Notes under the pieces: generated by a model
Databases searched by the model: none
What the model was told of the DNA's origin: nothing
What the model saw: only the letters and a program-made list of their open reading frames with translations
Source: Lama glama
Lineage: Eukaryota
Direction: 5' to 3'
Length of the DNA: 64,000 nucleotides
NCBI GenBank assembly: GCA_028534125.1
Contig: CM052816.1
Coordinates: 76,572,001-76,636,000 of the forward strand
Translations under genes and position numbers: made by a program
Shown here: positions 10,981-23,729 of the stretch, piece by piece
Layout: each line of letters opens with the position of its first letter
How positions within the stretch are numbered: the stretch's first letter is position 1

Positions 10981-13975
10981 TATGAATTTTTCTTTATCTA
11001 TGGATGTATTTTCAACTAATCAATAGTTAGTCTCCTGAACAGTGTAGAGTGAGATTTAACTTCCAGACTTACAAGTTGTCCTGCAGTGATTTCATGGATG
11101 CTGTCTGAGGATAAAGAGAAATGAAAAAGAGAAAGAGGGAGAGATTTAGCATTTATAGAATTCCTCAAGGTCACAACCAACAAATGGCAGAGCTGGGAAT
11201 GAATGCTCCAAAGTCTGTGTTAACTCTTTCATTATATTGCAGTGAGAACACATAGGCACAAAATGTTTTTTTCCTCATTGACAAGGAAGAAAAATATTGT
11301 CATATTTAATATGCAAGTTAGTTTTAAGCATTTTGAACAGATTATACTTCTCTGCCTGGAATGCCATAAAACTGACCACAACTTCCTGCATGTTTGTGGA
11401 CACTGCATGCTGATTATTTCCGTGGTCAACATCTTTCGTAAGCAAAGGCAGATCAAGGTTTGGCCGTCGGGCTCTTCTATGCATTTGACAGTTATTGTGA
11501 CTTGCCAATCGCTGATCAACAAACCAGGATTTTCTGGGGACCCATCTCGTGCCCAGCCCTGAGCTGGAAACTTTGCGTGGGATATTTAAAATATGACTTA
11601 TGTTCTCATTTTCTGCCTTTAAGAAATATACAGCTGGGGAGCCAAGACAGAATATATAAAACAACCATTCGCAGTATAAGATAGTACATGCTTGTGTGTC
11701 AAATTTCATGTGTGACTACAAACATCAAAGGAGAGCAAAGTGGTTCGGCGTGTTCATGGGTGTTCATGGGGGAGCTGGGCTCACATCCTTGTTGATGGAG
11801 CTCTGGTTCCTCTCTTTCTGGTTTCAGGAGACTAATTACTAGAGGTTAATCATTAGCTACCAATCCTTCAGCCCAACATTATTTTGAAAGAAATTTGAAG
11901 TGAAAATGGTGACTTTCTAAAGGTAGTAATTGTCTTAAACAATGTTTTCCAACTAGTGCAGAGAGGTTCTTGCCATTTGAGGTGTCTGAAGGCGGTTAAT
12001 CAGAGCAGGTGCCTCTTGAAAGCTGCTTCCGCAGTTCACCTAGATCATTGGTCATTCCTCAGCAGAATTCTTAGAATCTCAGCTCTCTTTAGACTGCTCC
12101 ACAATCAAGGGTCCCCAGGCTATAAGAAAGGCACACCAGATTTCCCCCAAGTCTCCTCCTCGGCTCCCCACTCAGCTCTGGGCTTGGTTCCTTCCAGTGA
12201 TAAAGTTCAGGCAATGAAAAATGATCAATCCAAAGTTTTTGTGGGTCCAGGCCTTTCAGACCCTGCCCATGCCTCGTGTGTGACCTGTTAGGGTCATGTA
12301 GCATGTTTGACTCAGTACAGAACTATGTGCCTTCGAGTCCTAGTTCACAATCACAAGCTCTTACAGGGTCACCAATGGAGAAACGATTGTGGAAGAGAAA
12401 AGAAACTATTTTCTTTTTTCTAGTGTTACTCCTGAAACTTTTCCCCTCTATTCTTGATGAATCCTTCTGCTGACCCAAAAAGTAGAGTCATCCTGCCAAT
12501 TCCTCCCTAAGTAGCCACCACTTGGTTTGCTCCAGGTGCCTGACCCGGAAGTCTGAATATGTATGAGAAAGTCTAAACACCTAGGTGGGTGGGGGGCGGT
12601 TGAAGGGTAGGGTCCACTCCTCTATGTTGGTCAGATGATGTCAATATCACAGAGTGCTGGTACATTTATAGAAAAAAAATCAACATGGACTGGGTAAAAG
12701 GATATTTTGGGTCTCCTTTTAAAACTCAAAGCAATAACATAGACCCTGGCAGTCAAGTTTCAAAAGGCCAGCAGCATAATTAGTCTGTTAGAGTCTCAGC
12801 AGTTCATATTATTTAGGGATTTAAGGAAAGGCATTGAAATGCCATAAACATAATCCACAAAATAAAGTTTTTGGAGCTCTTTGTTTTGAATTTTGTTTTT
12901 CTGTCTTTAAAGAAAACAGGCCCTGGCCTTTATGAGTCTCTCCATAGGGAGGGATTCCATTTCAGAAGCTTGGGTTTTAAAGAAATAAACCAGATTTAAA
13001 GAAATAAATAAACTACACTGAGGTCTCACCAAGAGGTGATGTTTAGAAGCTGACTGTGTCTGAAGTAAGCAGGGAATTCGGGCTGAGACCACTAGCATTT
13101 ACTAATTTTTGTAGACAGGTGGCAATAACCCATGTGGTGTGACTTCTGGAAGACTGCGGGGCACACATCCTTTCCTAAAATCAATCTACCATGCTTTGCT
13201 ACTGTTTTAAAAGTCACGACTTGTTCTAAAGTGGTGATTTTCCGAGTGTGTTTCCTGAAGCCCAGGCTTCTTTATCAGTGCCTGTGGGGCTGTGGAGGAA
13301 TCCAGGCGGGTGGTCTCCGGGACCACACTCTCGCTTGATTCCCATTTATTCGTATTTTATTTGTTGAAATATCTACAAGCAAATAGATTGAAATATTTAG
13401 TTTGTAAAAAGGGTTTTGCTAAAAAGTAAAAACAAGAACAATAAACCATCAACAAATTTAGGAAGATTCTGAGTCAAGTGGTGACTTTCAGTTGACAGTG
13501 TATGAACCTGCCCAGTGCCGTGTGGGGAAAGAAGATGAGAGAGAGCCTTCACTGCAGTCACCCAGCTCCCTCAGCAGAGAGCAGGGCTCTGAGGATGGCA
13601 ACCCCATGTCTAAACGATGGGGATGGGGAGGACTGGGACGGGTTAGATGTCCAAAAGGAATGAGGAAGACTAAGGAAGGCCAAGCCCCAGGGAGATGACA
13701 CATTTTAGGGACTTGGTAGCGTACACTGCGTAAGAACATGGAGATTTCTACAGAGGATCCTAAAAGGGGCAGAGAATGTTGAAAAGAGGTGATAACATAG
13801 GACTGAAGAGTCAACTGAAATGCCATGTAAACAACTTCAGATAGCAAGTGAGGAGAGAGCCCTAAGATCAAGATGCAGATTTCAAAGGAGTTTGCTCAAA
13901 ACCAGGTACGTGATTTGGGACCGTCACCCACTTCAAGGGTATAGATTCCCCAAATTAGAAACAAAAAGGACGATT

Positions 13976-14120
13976 GGTGGGGAGGGGTAGGAGGGTATAA
14001 CTCAGTGGGAAAGTGTATGCTTAGCATGCACCAGGTCCTGGGTTCAATCCCCGGTAACTTCATTTAAAAATATAATAAATAAACCTAATAACCCCTCCAA
14101 ATTTTTTTAAAATAAAAAAA
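13976..14120 (+). mobile_element. Vic-1 SINE (long-tail form)
   Basis: gagggtataactcagtgggaaagtgtatgcttagcatgcaccaggtcctgggttcaatcccc plus tail aaataaacctaataacccctcc. Degenerate flanking repeat aaaaagga...gatt. Confidence 0.9.
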
Positions 14121-15919
14121 GGAGGAAGATTTAAGAGAAAGTTGCAGATAGAGAAAGCTGTTCTGTGAGTTTTACACCCCTCCTCACTTGGAGTCTAGCA
14201 GGAGGGGTTTCAAAGGAGAGCCCTCAGAGTACCTGCTTCTGTTGCCTGAGTTTGAGAAGGTCCTCTGACAAATGCCAATGGCCTTCCGGTGCTCTGGGAG
14301 CAGGGGGAACTGCAGCTAGGAAATAGTTTTGCTCCCCTCTGACTGCAGGTCAAGATTTGTGACGCCAAAAGCCAAGTGGAGACTCCTGGGAAGGGAGGCC
14401 CACCCGGGGCCCTTTTATGTACCATCCTAAAGACGTGCCTGAAAGAACTTTTGCCAGAGGACAAGGGGTTTGGGACTGCAAGGATCTGGGTAAAATGAAG
14501 CGCCAGAAAATCAGAGGCTGAAGGGTGATCAGAACAAAAGTTCAAAGGTGAGGAGAACTGTTGTCTGGTACCGTCTGAGGGGTCAAGAAGGGTGGGAGTC
14601 TGGGGGACTATCTGTGAGGCTCTGAGAGCAAAAAGGCAGCTCACAGGCATGACAACCAAGCAGATTTTTTCTTTCCCCTTTATCTGTCTTTTCTCTCCTA
14701 TCTTCAGCCCCAGAGTCAGAAACAACAGCCACTGAGTGACAGGAAAGAGCGCCAAGGACGGAAGAAGCCATCACACCCTTTTCTCCAGAGGCAGGCCTGT
14801 CCGTTGCTGGCGCTAGTGAATGAAGGACAAGCCTTATCTGTGAATGTAAACTGTAGTGCTAATTCATATATTATGACTGAAGATGTTAATTTCTGAAATA
14901 AGACCTAAGAGATTGATAAAATTAGAATGACCAGAAATGTCATAGTGCTTGACAGTTTTCTTCCAAAGGCGGAAAAAAATCTTCCACAGTGAATTCATCC
15001 TAAAGTGAGCATGGTGGGGAAAAATGCCTTTCAGTTATAAGCCCATTAACCAGGCTTGTTTATTGCACCAGTTAAAAGTGCTTCTAGGATAGCTGATCCC
15101 ACCCCAATGCGATGGCCAGGGCAGGTCTTGACCTTGAGCTGAAAAATAAAATGCCACACATGGCAGTCAGGGGAACAGTGATCAGAGGAAGGATTCACGG
15201 AGGATTTGGGAGGTTGATTGTATGGTTGCTTGTTTGCTGTCTTTTAGTTTTTCCTTGCAGATAGTATTCAGCCTGGAAAGTCTTTTGATTTCAGCACATG
15301 CAAGCATTCTGCGTGACCCCACCTACTGCAGTAGAAAGGCTATCTTGAGTATTCAGACCATACATACAGACATATCTGTATATCATACCATGTATTCATC
15401 TCTCTCTATATATATACATATCACGTGGCTGTGAGCTACTTGATTTTATATATTTATATATGTATAAATATATATGTATAGAAAGATCTATACTTATTTG
15501 TTGGGTTTTTTTTGTTTTGCTTCATTTTTTTTAAATGGACCCAAAGAGAAAGTTAAGGGAATGATGCTTGATTTACAGGGAGAGAGAAGGCAATGGTCTA
15601 CTTACCCTAACTCTAAAAGTCCTTCTGTTTTCTTTTCTTTATTTGGTTTTTGGGATCGGGGAAGAGTAGTTCGTCTCCTTTCAAAATACCAACTCTCTGG
15701 ATCTGTCCTTATTCACTTCTCTCAGTAAGACCATGGACAACTTCTCAATAATGGGAAACACAGTCACAGAAAAAGAAAGAAAAAAATTAACCTCAGGGGA
15801 AAAAGAGATCCATATCCATATTCAAGGACCAAAACAAAAGGCACAGTGTAACAAGACATCATCTATTCGACACAGCAGAAATCAGGACTGGAAAATGGTT
15901 CAAGAAATACATGAGAAAA

Positions 15920-16098
15920 ACCGCTTCTCGGCCTCTTGGCTGAGATCAAGAGTAGTATCTAGTCTCATGGGTTTACTATCTGATAGGTTCTCTATTGGAG
16001 GGCAATATACTTTGTGGATTTTTGGAGCAGGAACTTGCTCCATCCACTCCATGCATGGACTTAGTACTGCAGCACCTCCAGGAATGGGTGCACCCCCT
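15920..16098 (+). pseudogene. RNU2: U2 snRNA pseudogene, near full length and diverged
   Basis: Colinear with U2 from cgcttctcggcctcttggctgagatcaagagtagtatct through the Sm site atttttgg to cctccaggaatgggtgcaccccct. Many substitutions, a deletion of about 13 nt in stem-loop III, and no recognisable PSE upstream. Confidence 0.95.
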
Positions 16099-17149
16099 CT
16101 CATCACATTGGTTGCAAACAGCACATTTTCTCTGCTTCTCTTCATCACTCTGCTTCTTCCTGGGAAGGTCCTTCTCTTCGGCGCTGAGCAAGTGAGGGGT
16201 GCAGCTTTTCTCTGCTTTCCCGCGAGCTTTCCCACAGCCTCTGCCCCCTGGACCATTCCGGGCGGGACTGTCTGGGTTTCCTTTTCTTCCCTTTTCTTCC
16301 CTTTTCTGGCCTCACTAGCGTGACTTGCAGCAAGTTAATGGCTCTCCTTAGTTTGAGTATGGTGTTGACCTCGGCGGGTTTTTAGCGAGGGACTGGTGAG
16401 TGTCTTCGTTATTCCCACTCTGTGCCACAGCTGTCATTTCCCAAGGCTCTTTACTGGGGCGCTTAGAGTTGCAACACCCCCAAATCTGGGAACAGGCTTT
16501 ATCCGACTCTGCCATGCTGGCGGCTCCAGGTAACACTGCTGAAGTAGGTGGCGGGCAGGCTTCAGCTGCCTTCCAGGCTCCATGCCCTTCAAGAGTTCAA
16601 ACTCCGCTGACCACCAGCTGTTTACACCTTCAATGGTCTGCCCCTGCCATCCTGCCCCTGGGGGTGCCTGTGGTTACCAGAAGCCCAGGCCTCCCGGCTC
16701 TTTCCCCGCCTCACGTTTCCAGTCTCTTACTCCATAAAGCTCTGTGTCTTCTCTCGGACCTCTTCTCCACCCCCACTCAGATTTCTGAAACCTTGTTCTT
16801 CTGACCAACCCCCTCAAATCTCAACCTCCCTTCTCTTTAAAAAAAAAAAAAAGAGTTACATGAAAAACATATATGAGAGCCCTGTTTCCTTGGAGTTTTA
16901 AGAAGCACTTCTAATGAGTTGTTTTGTTCATAAGATATTTCATAAGCAGTCTTCTGGAAAAAAAATCCAGTTCTGTTCCTTGACCCACAGATAAGGAAAG
17001 AGCTTGTGTGTCATGAAGACTGGAGGGAGCCTTGTGCATTTCTGCATCCAACAAAAACAAGAGTGGCGTTGATCACTATCAGCTCAGGTTCCCACCTTCT
17101 CACAGGCAACACCAAGGTGCATTTACTCATCCATGCACTTAATAAGCTC

Positions 17150-17370
17150 CGAGAGTTGAAGTCCATGATTGTTTAGAGGACAAGCCCAGGCTCCCTCCCA
17201 TTACTGGCTGGGTGATGGTAACAACGTCACTTAATCTCTCTAGGTCTCAGTTTCCTCGCTTTAAAGCAAAAATGGTGCCAGTCCTGACCTCAGAGGATTT
17301 TTGTGAAGATTCAATAAGCTCGTGTTGGTGTGATGGCCATTATAAAGAGCTGCTCGTATTTTATGCTTTG
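17150..17370 (+). mobile_element. MIR SINE
   Basis: gtcacttaatctctctaggtctcagtttcctc...ctgacctcagaggatttttgtgaagatt. Confidence 0.8.
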
Positions 17371-17399
17371 GGAGCATAAATTGATGAACAACCCCAGTA

Positions 17400-17745
17400 A
17401 TTGTTGTTTTGGATCCACTACCATGTAGTCCTACAAGGCTTATGTGCCAGTGACCACGCACACATGGTAGTGGTACCAATGCAGGCCATTGAATAAGAGA
17501 TGAGACTCCCTCAAAGATGACTTTGGTTCAAAGATTCCCATTGACTTGGCAGAACATTTCTTGAAATTGCTCTGCAGCTTGAGACTCCTCCTCCCCAGTC
17601 TTCCATCGTCCTCTCTTCCTCCACAGGCGTCAGACTGTGGTGTGAAGATTCCTGCCACTCTCTGCTACTTCCTCCCCTTTCATTCTTTACAGGTTTTTCA
17701 CCCACAATAAGCTGTTTTAATTTTACCCAATCTTAAGGTATTCAA
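17400..17745 (+). mobile_element. LTR16-type ERVL LTR
   Basis: ctctgcagcttgagactcctcctccccagtc...ctccacaggcgtcagactg...cctttcattctttacaggtttttcacccacaataa matches the LTR16 3' half. Confidence 0.7.
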
Positions 17746-18164
17746 ACAGACATAGTTGGTACAAACCAACATCTAGGACACCTAGAACACCTAGATCCTG
17801 TACAGCCATATCTGGTACATAGTACATACTCAATAAATAGCACTTTTTGTTATTAGCAAATAGAGAGCTAGGTAGCATAAACATGAATGTTTGTGGGAAT
17901 TCAGAGGAAGGAAAAATCATTTCAAACCAAGACAGTCAAAGATTTCATACATGGGATAGATTTAGAGCTAGCTAGAAGAATCAGTAAAGTGAGGTTTGTT
18001 GAAGATTGGGGACAGACAGTGTGAGCTAGAAGAATAATAAAAGCAGAAACACAGAGGCTGGGGACTGGAGGTGCTTCCAGATTGGCTGGAGTTGTAGGCT
18101 GCATGTGCTGTTGTAATGCAATGTAAGTCTAGAGAAATAGATTGAGGAGAAACTGTGGAGTGCG

Positions 18165-18600
18165 TTGATATTAATCAGCTTTGCTACTGTACCAAGCAAA
18201 TCCCAAACTCCAGTGGCCTACAGCAGCCAACATTTGTTTCTCATTTGTGTTACGTGTTGGTGGCTGCAATGGCTCTGGTATCACATGTCTTCTCCTCTTA
18301 TTCTTTGATTCAGACCAAAGGATCTGCTTCAACTTGGGAAACCTGGTTTCCCAAGGCACAGGCCTAGCAGAAACATACAATAGCTTTTGAAGCTTCTGCC
18401 AAAGACAAGGAAGACATCTATCGTGTCTGCTCATATTCTATTGGCCAGAATAAATCATACGACCAAGTCTGACGTCAGCAGAGCAAAGAATACCCCTCCA
18501 GCACAGGAGGCACCAGAAGTCATTGCCACAGACGAGGATGTATAATCCTCTGTCAAGAAAGAGGGCTAAATAGTTAGTAACAATAAATCAGTCTGCCATA
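18165..18600 (-). mobile_element. Old MLT1 (H/I/J-type) MaLR LTR, nested in L2-like sequence
   Basis: caaatcccaaactccagtggcctacagcagccaacatttgtttctca...ctcatattctattggccagaataaatcatacgaccaagtctgac...aacaataaatcagtctgccata. Confidence 0.75.
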
Positions 18601-21600
18601 GGTAAGGAATTATTCAGTTGGCCAAATATAAACATTTTATATTCTTTAGTAGGTCAGTGGCATCATCAGGGTTGCCTTTGAGTATGAGCTGGATCTGGAA
18701 TGGGAGAGCATGGAGAAGGATGATACTGCAATGGTCCAGGCAGGAGATGATGAAAAGCAGGCTAAAGCCACGAGTTAACTGTGCCCTGTCTTCCAGGATC
18801 CAGCTCTCTAGTCTTTATCCTGAGATCTGCACAAGCAGATGGAGAGGAAAATCACTTATTAAAATGGGGACCAGTGGGATCACTTTGTAAGTATCTGGTT
18901 ACTGAGGAAGGGAGGGCCAGTTCTCAGATTAGGCCTCAGAAAACTCTGAAAGAGAAGTTGAATTAATCTTCAGAGCTCACTCTTCTCCTTGTACCTGTCC
19001 TCTCACAAAATGCCACAATTTCCATCTCTACTGGCCAAGCCCCAGCTCCAGTGCTCTCATTTTGTCCCCAAGATACCCAAGTTTTGCCCCCAAGATGCCC
19101 TTTTCCCCACCTGTGATCACTCACAGGCCCTCCCAGGCCTTCCGAGGCAACACCCACTGCCTCTGGCCTGACCCTTCTCCTTCAGCCCACCTTCTTCAAA
19201 GAACCACTTCCCTGTCATCTGTATCCTCAGGGCCTGGCTAGGTAACTGGCTAGCTGTTCTCCCCAAAATACTGTTCGCTATAAAATGTTCCCATCCTCTC
19301 CTGAAATGTTGAGATTTTAAATGAATGATGCCTTAGACAGAGAATAGCTTCACCTCCAAAAAGCAGTCTCCTATGTAAGCCAGTTGAAGGACATATTCTT
19401 AAGCAAGGAAACCAGTTAGGAGCAGGTCTTAAACCAGAGCACAAAGGCAAGTTCTGGTGTGTTCATATCCCATCTCGGCCCCTTCCTAACAGAGTGTGTG
19501 GAGTGTGTAGACTGTGTCACATACTGTTTCCTGGTCTGCACCGGGTGCAGTTTGACCACATGGCACCCAATAGAGCGTCCTATTGTCCTATAAGTGCACT
19601 TTAATGAGAGTAGTAGATTTAGAGCCAGAGACCAATGCTGAACATTCCAGCATGTGTAACGATCATGCTGCGTGCTGCAAAACCTCTGGCGGGTGTCAGT
19701 TCATTGGCTCTAATCCTCTCACACCCATAGACAAACTTTCTAAGTCACTGTTTGTGATGAGAATAGAAAGGAAGGTCGTGCCAGAGGACAGGGTGATCCC
19801 AGAGCAACACTGGTTTGGTAAGTCAGTATGGCTTCATCTTGAGAGGCAAGATCTCTTCCACCCACCAGAGCATCAGAGCCCTGGTTTTTTAACTCAACGA
19901 TTCTAACAACATCTGCCCCTTAGGTGAATAAATAACCTGGCCTTCCTAGCAGTGACATCAGGTCACATGCTAATCTTCATCGCACCATCTACTACAGGCA
20001 CAGAGAGACAAAGGCCTCCTCTGACCATGGATTCCAGATTTTCTGCTCTGATAAGCAGCGCGTCCAGTTGGACCTGAAGATACATCGCCTGTGGCCAGTT
20101 GGTCCTGAGCCACTGCTGAAGTCGTGCAACAGCTATCGATCAAGCAAGGCCGAAAGACAAGTCACCCAGAGGCCTGGTTACTCCGTGGCTTGGTGGCCTC
20201 ACTGCCACATCCGTGCCACCGTGCCCGGGCTTACCTTCGGCCCCAGGTTCCCTTCTGCGGCACAGAGAGACAGCCACTGACAGGTAAGTCAAAAGGCATC
20301 TGTTAATGAATAAATTTTGCCAAGTTTGAGAGCAATGAGGCGACAGAACAGGGAAAGATGGAGAAATCTGAGCTGAGAGAGGCAGGGAGGCTTGGCTGAC
20401 TTGGCAGATGACAGGTTTTGTTACAGATTTTTAAAATAATGTTGCTTTAAGGACAGAAAGAAAGCCAAGTCAAGAAACATCAACAGTAAGTTTTCCTCCT
20501 CCCCTCACCCCCCAAAGATATGCTGAAGCCAGGTTTAATTTTATGTCAGGAAAGAATTCCCTCCTGAGACTTTCCTGGCTGCGGTTCAGTTGAGGATAAT
20601 GTTTTCCAGCCATGTTTCCAGAGTCCCTCAAAGATTATTAAGGAAAACGGCAAACAGTCATCAAGCCTTTGCTTTGAAGCAGCAGGGGGAGCTGTTATGA
20701 TAAAGAAACTGGGTGCTTTCTTTTTGTACAGGTGTGGTTGCTGAAATTCAGTTAACATTCTATACATTTTATTTTCTGGACCAGGGAGTATCTAAAGAAT
20801 AAAATATTCACAGATGCTAGCAGTTTTTATACCTCTGATTTTATGCGCAGACTTCATGTTATATTTTACATCAAAAGGGAAGAAGTTGCCAGCATCTGCA
20901 AAGCATAAGCAGTTTCCATGATTACTTCCATCACCATGTAATAAAGCATATCATACTATATACTGCAATCCCAAAGTCCCCGATGGAAGTGGACATTTAA
21001 AACTGAACTTCCAGGGCATAAAAAAGAGCCGTTGTAACAACCTTACCAAAATTTACCTACCCTTACCCTATAAGGTGTATCAGTACTGCCCAGGTTACTT
21101 CTGTCCAGTAATTCTGGTTTCCAGATTACTTGGGCCCATTTGAAAATTGAGAGGGAGGGAGGCTAGATTCCCTGATTATCATTAGAAATAGTCCTTACTC
21201 CATTTCTTATTGGGCTGTTTTGAAATCCTACGTTAAAACATACAATGCGGCTTCACACAGTTAAGGATTAAATGACTGGGTTATTTATTACTATATGCAT
21301 ATACCATACTGTCAGTATATGTTACTATGAAAATGTTAACACATTTTAGCTAATTCTCATGGCTGCCTACCTCTGATTACTTGGTTCCTTCTAGCATCAA
21401 CAGAACCCTTATGTATAAAACCTTCTGAAGTTAAAATCTGACAATTACTGGTGTTTCTCATACATATTTCTGTGATTGTTACTTATCCATTGTTGTCAAG
21501 GATGCCCCCGGGGGTAGTAATATAGGCTTCCGGGGAGAGCTGGCTAAACGGAATGCTGAAGTGAAGGGAAACTGAGTCCCAGAGAAGAGGGAGGTAGCGG

Positions 21601-23729
21601 GGAATTGGCTGGAACATAAAGGATTCAGGAGAAGAGGCATCTTTCAGAGGAAGTTGAAAATCAAAGACCTCTTCGGACAGGTGTATGGGTGACACAATAC
21701 CTTAAAGACTAATATAAAATGGTCCAAGGAATTCCATTACAGCAAAGCGCCTCAGATTTTCAGAGAGATTATGGGAAAATGATCTGAGAAGGCAAGAAAT
21801 TGGCCAGAAAATAGAGTCAGCAAACAAGCAATGTGCTGTGCAACATAAACGTACCCAGTGAAGGTGCCGGAGTTGAGAGAACAGAGAGAGAATTCGACAG
21901 AAGTAGCTCAAGAATGGGCTAGCCTTCCCGCAGAAGCATTTCAGAAGAAATTCCTGTTAATATCCTGTAATACCATGAAATACTTCGCATTTCTGCTCTT
22001 GAGAGAAGAACAAACATATCAGCTGTTTCCAAATAGGGCTGGCTTACATAATATACCTCCTGATGTCCTCATCGGCAGGGTTGTCATTGGTTCCAGAAAG
22101 TTCCAGAGCATCCTGTGACCAGTTAGGCACTCATTCTAAGCTGTGATCTGAACAGGAGCTGCCATCTGTCTTCACTTCACTTTATCCTGTGAGCCCCTTT
22201 GGGTCAGAACAAGACCGTGCATTTCTGCATGTCCTCCATGGGGACCCCTGACCATGTTCTGATCTCCAGAGGGTCCACTGGGGATATAGTGAATGGTGTT
22301 ACCTACTGGATTCAGGGGTAAATCAGTGATGGGAGGTTTGTTGTGATGGTGGTTTGGGGTTGAATTTTGTTCTTTCTTTGCAGAGTGTCTATGAATTTGA
22401 ATAGGTTTCCATGTGTACCTAAATTATAAAGCAGTGTTAACACAACAAGAAATATGAAGCCTTTGTGTTTCTAAATCTTTCTTCTAATTGTACTCTATCA
22501 AGTATTAATTCTCTTCTAGGCAGTAGATCTCTTCAAGTATCTGAGGCAGCTCCATAATTTTCCAGGTGCCTTTAGTTATTAAGCCTCAGTCCAGTCAGTC
22601 ATTAAACATGAGTTTATCCTCATCTTCCCCCTCCTCCACTTTACCCAGGCATAGTGTGAACTGACCCGCTGCCTGACTGGAGGGCTAGCTCAGAGGCACC
22701 GCCACCTCTTACCCCCTTGCAGGATTTCTGTTCCAGGATGCTGGGCTGGGAGGTGAGACAAGCAACGGGGCGAATACCATGCTAACGGGCCCCTGCCGTG
22801 ATGGCTGTCTCGGCAAGGGCTGCTTCTCTCTTGACAAGCCTGGGCTGTTGATACCCTCTGTGTGGCAGGCCTCCAAATTCTGGCTTCTCTCTGGGGACTA
22901 GCGGGATGAGTCCTGGGAGCCCCAGTGATGAGGAAGTTGAAAATTCAACCAACCTTTTCAAGCCCCTCAGCTCTTGCCATTGGCCATATACTCCACAGGC
23001 CTCTGCAGCTGGAGTGCGGGGTGCAGTGGGAGATTCTTGGAATGGGGGTGGAGCAACCTCAACCCCATTCTAAGTGGCATCCACTTAACCCACAGAAGTC
23101 TCCCAACTTGGCCATTAAACTGAGTGTCCCCAGTTTAACACTGCCCCCCTCTAGCCTCTCTCTTACCAAGACTCATCTCCCCTGCTTTTCTGATGTGCAG
23201 GTACACTCACAAGCCCTTTTCTTCAACAAATGCCCAGCCAGGAAGCCAAACGATACAGCAACCCTTGTGAACAATTCTATTGGAACCCCAAGGAGGTTGA
23301 GGGAGAAAGACTGGGTACCCTCATTTCCATTCCCCAGGGGAAGGGAAGGGAATTCCCTCTCATCTCACACCCGCTGCATTCTAATGACCCTTGGATTTAC
23401 CTCCTCTCTGTCTAGCTGCCAGTTTCATAATGTAGTGGATGGAGGCTGGCAGTAGCTGGCCACATCCATCACCTCTTAGGAATGTTGGCTCTGACTCCAG
23501 CATCTGTCAGTGCAGTTATTGAATTCTTTCTGTCCTCACCTTGGGTCCTAGTTGCCAATCCCAGGAGTCCCACTAATCGTTTGTCATGGATTGGAAGTAA
23601 ACAGAGTTCTTTGGAAGAAAGAAAATGTAGAGTAAACACAAATATTTAGGACAGGTATTTGGAATTAGTTGGGCAATTCTTAAGATTTTTCATTATTGCC
23701 TATGAATTCCATTTTTTTTAGGAAATAAA

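Noticed and set aside
13486..13820. 11-bp inverted repeat tttcagttgac / gtcaactgaaa as possible MITE ends
   Set aside because: An 11-bp match at this spacing is expected several times by chance in 64 kb, and I see no TSD.
16170..16760. Possible CpG-island promoter
   Set aside because: About 20 CpGs in roughly 600 bp by eye is above background but below usual island density. Noted only as context for the exon-like finding.
22925..23455. 176-aa ORF (and similar 14210-14755, 27394-27903)
   Set aside because: No recognisable protein features or exon structure. The 27-kb ORF lies within L2. Such lengths arise by chance in GC-richer mammalian DNA.
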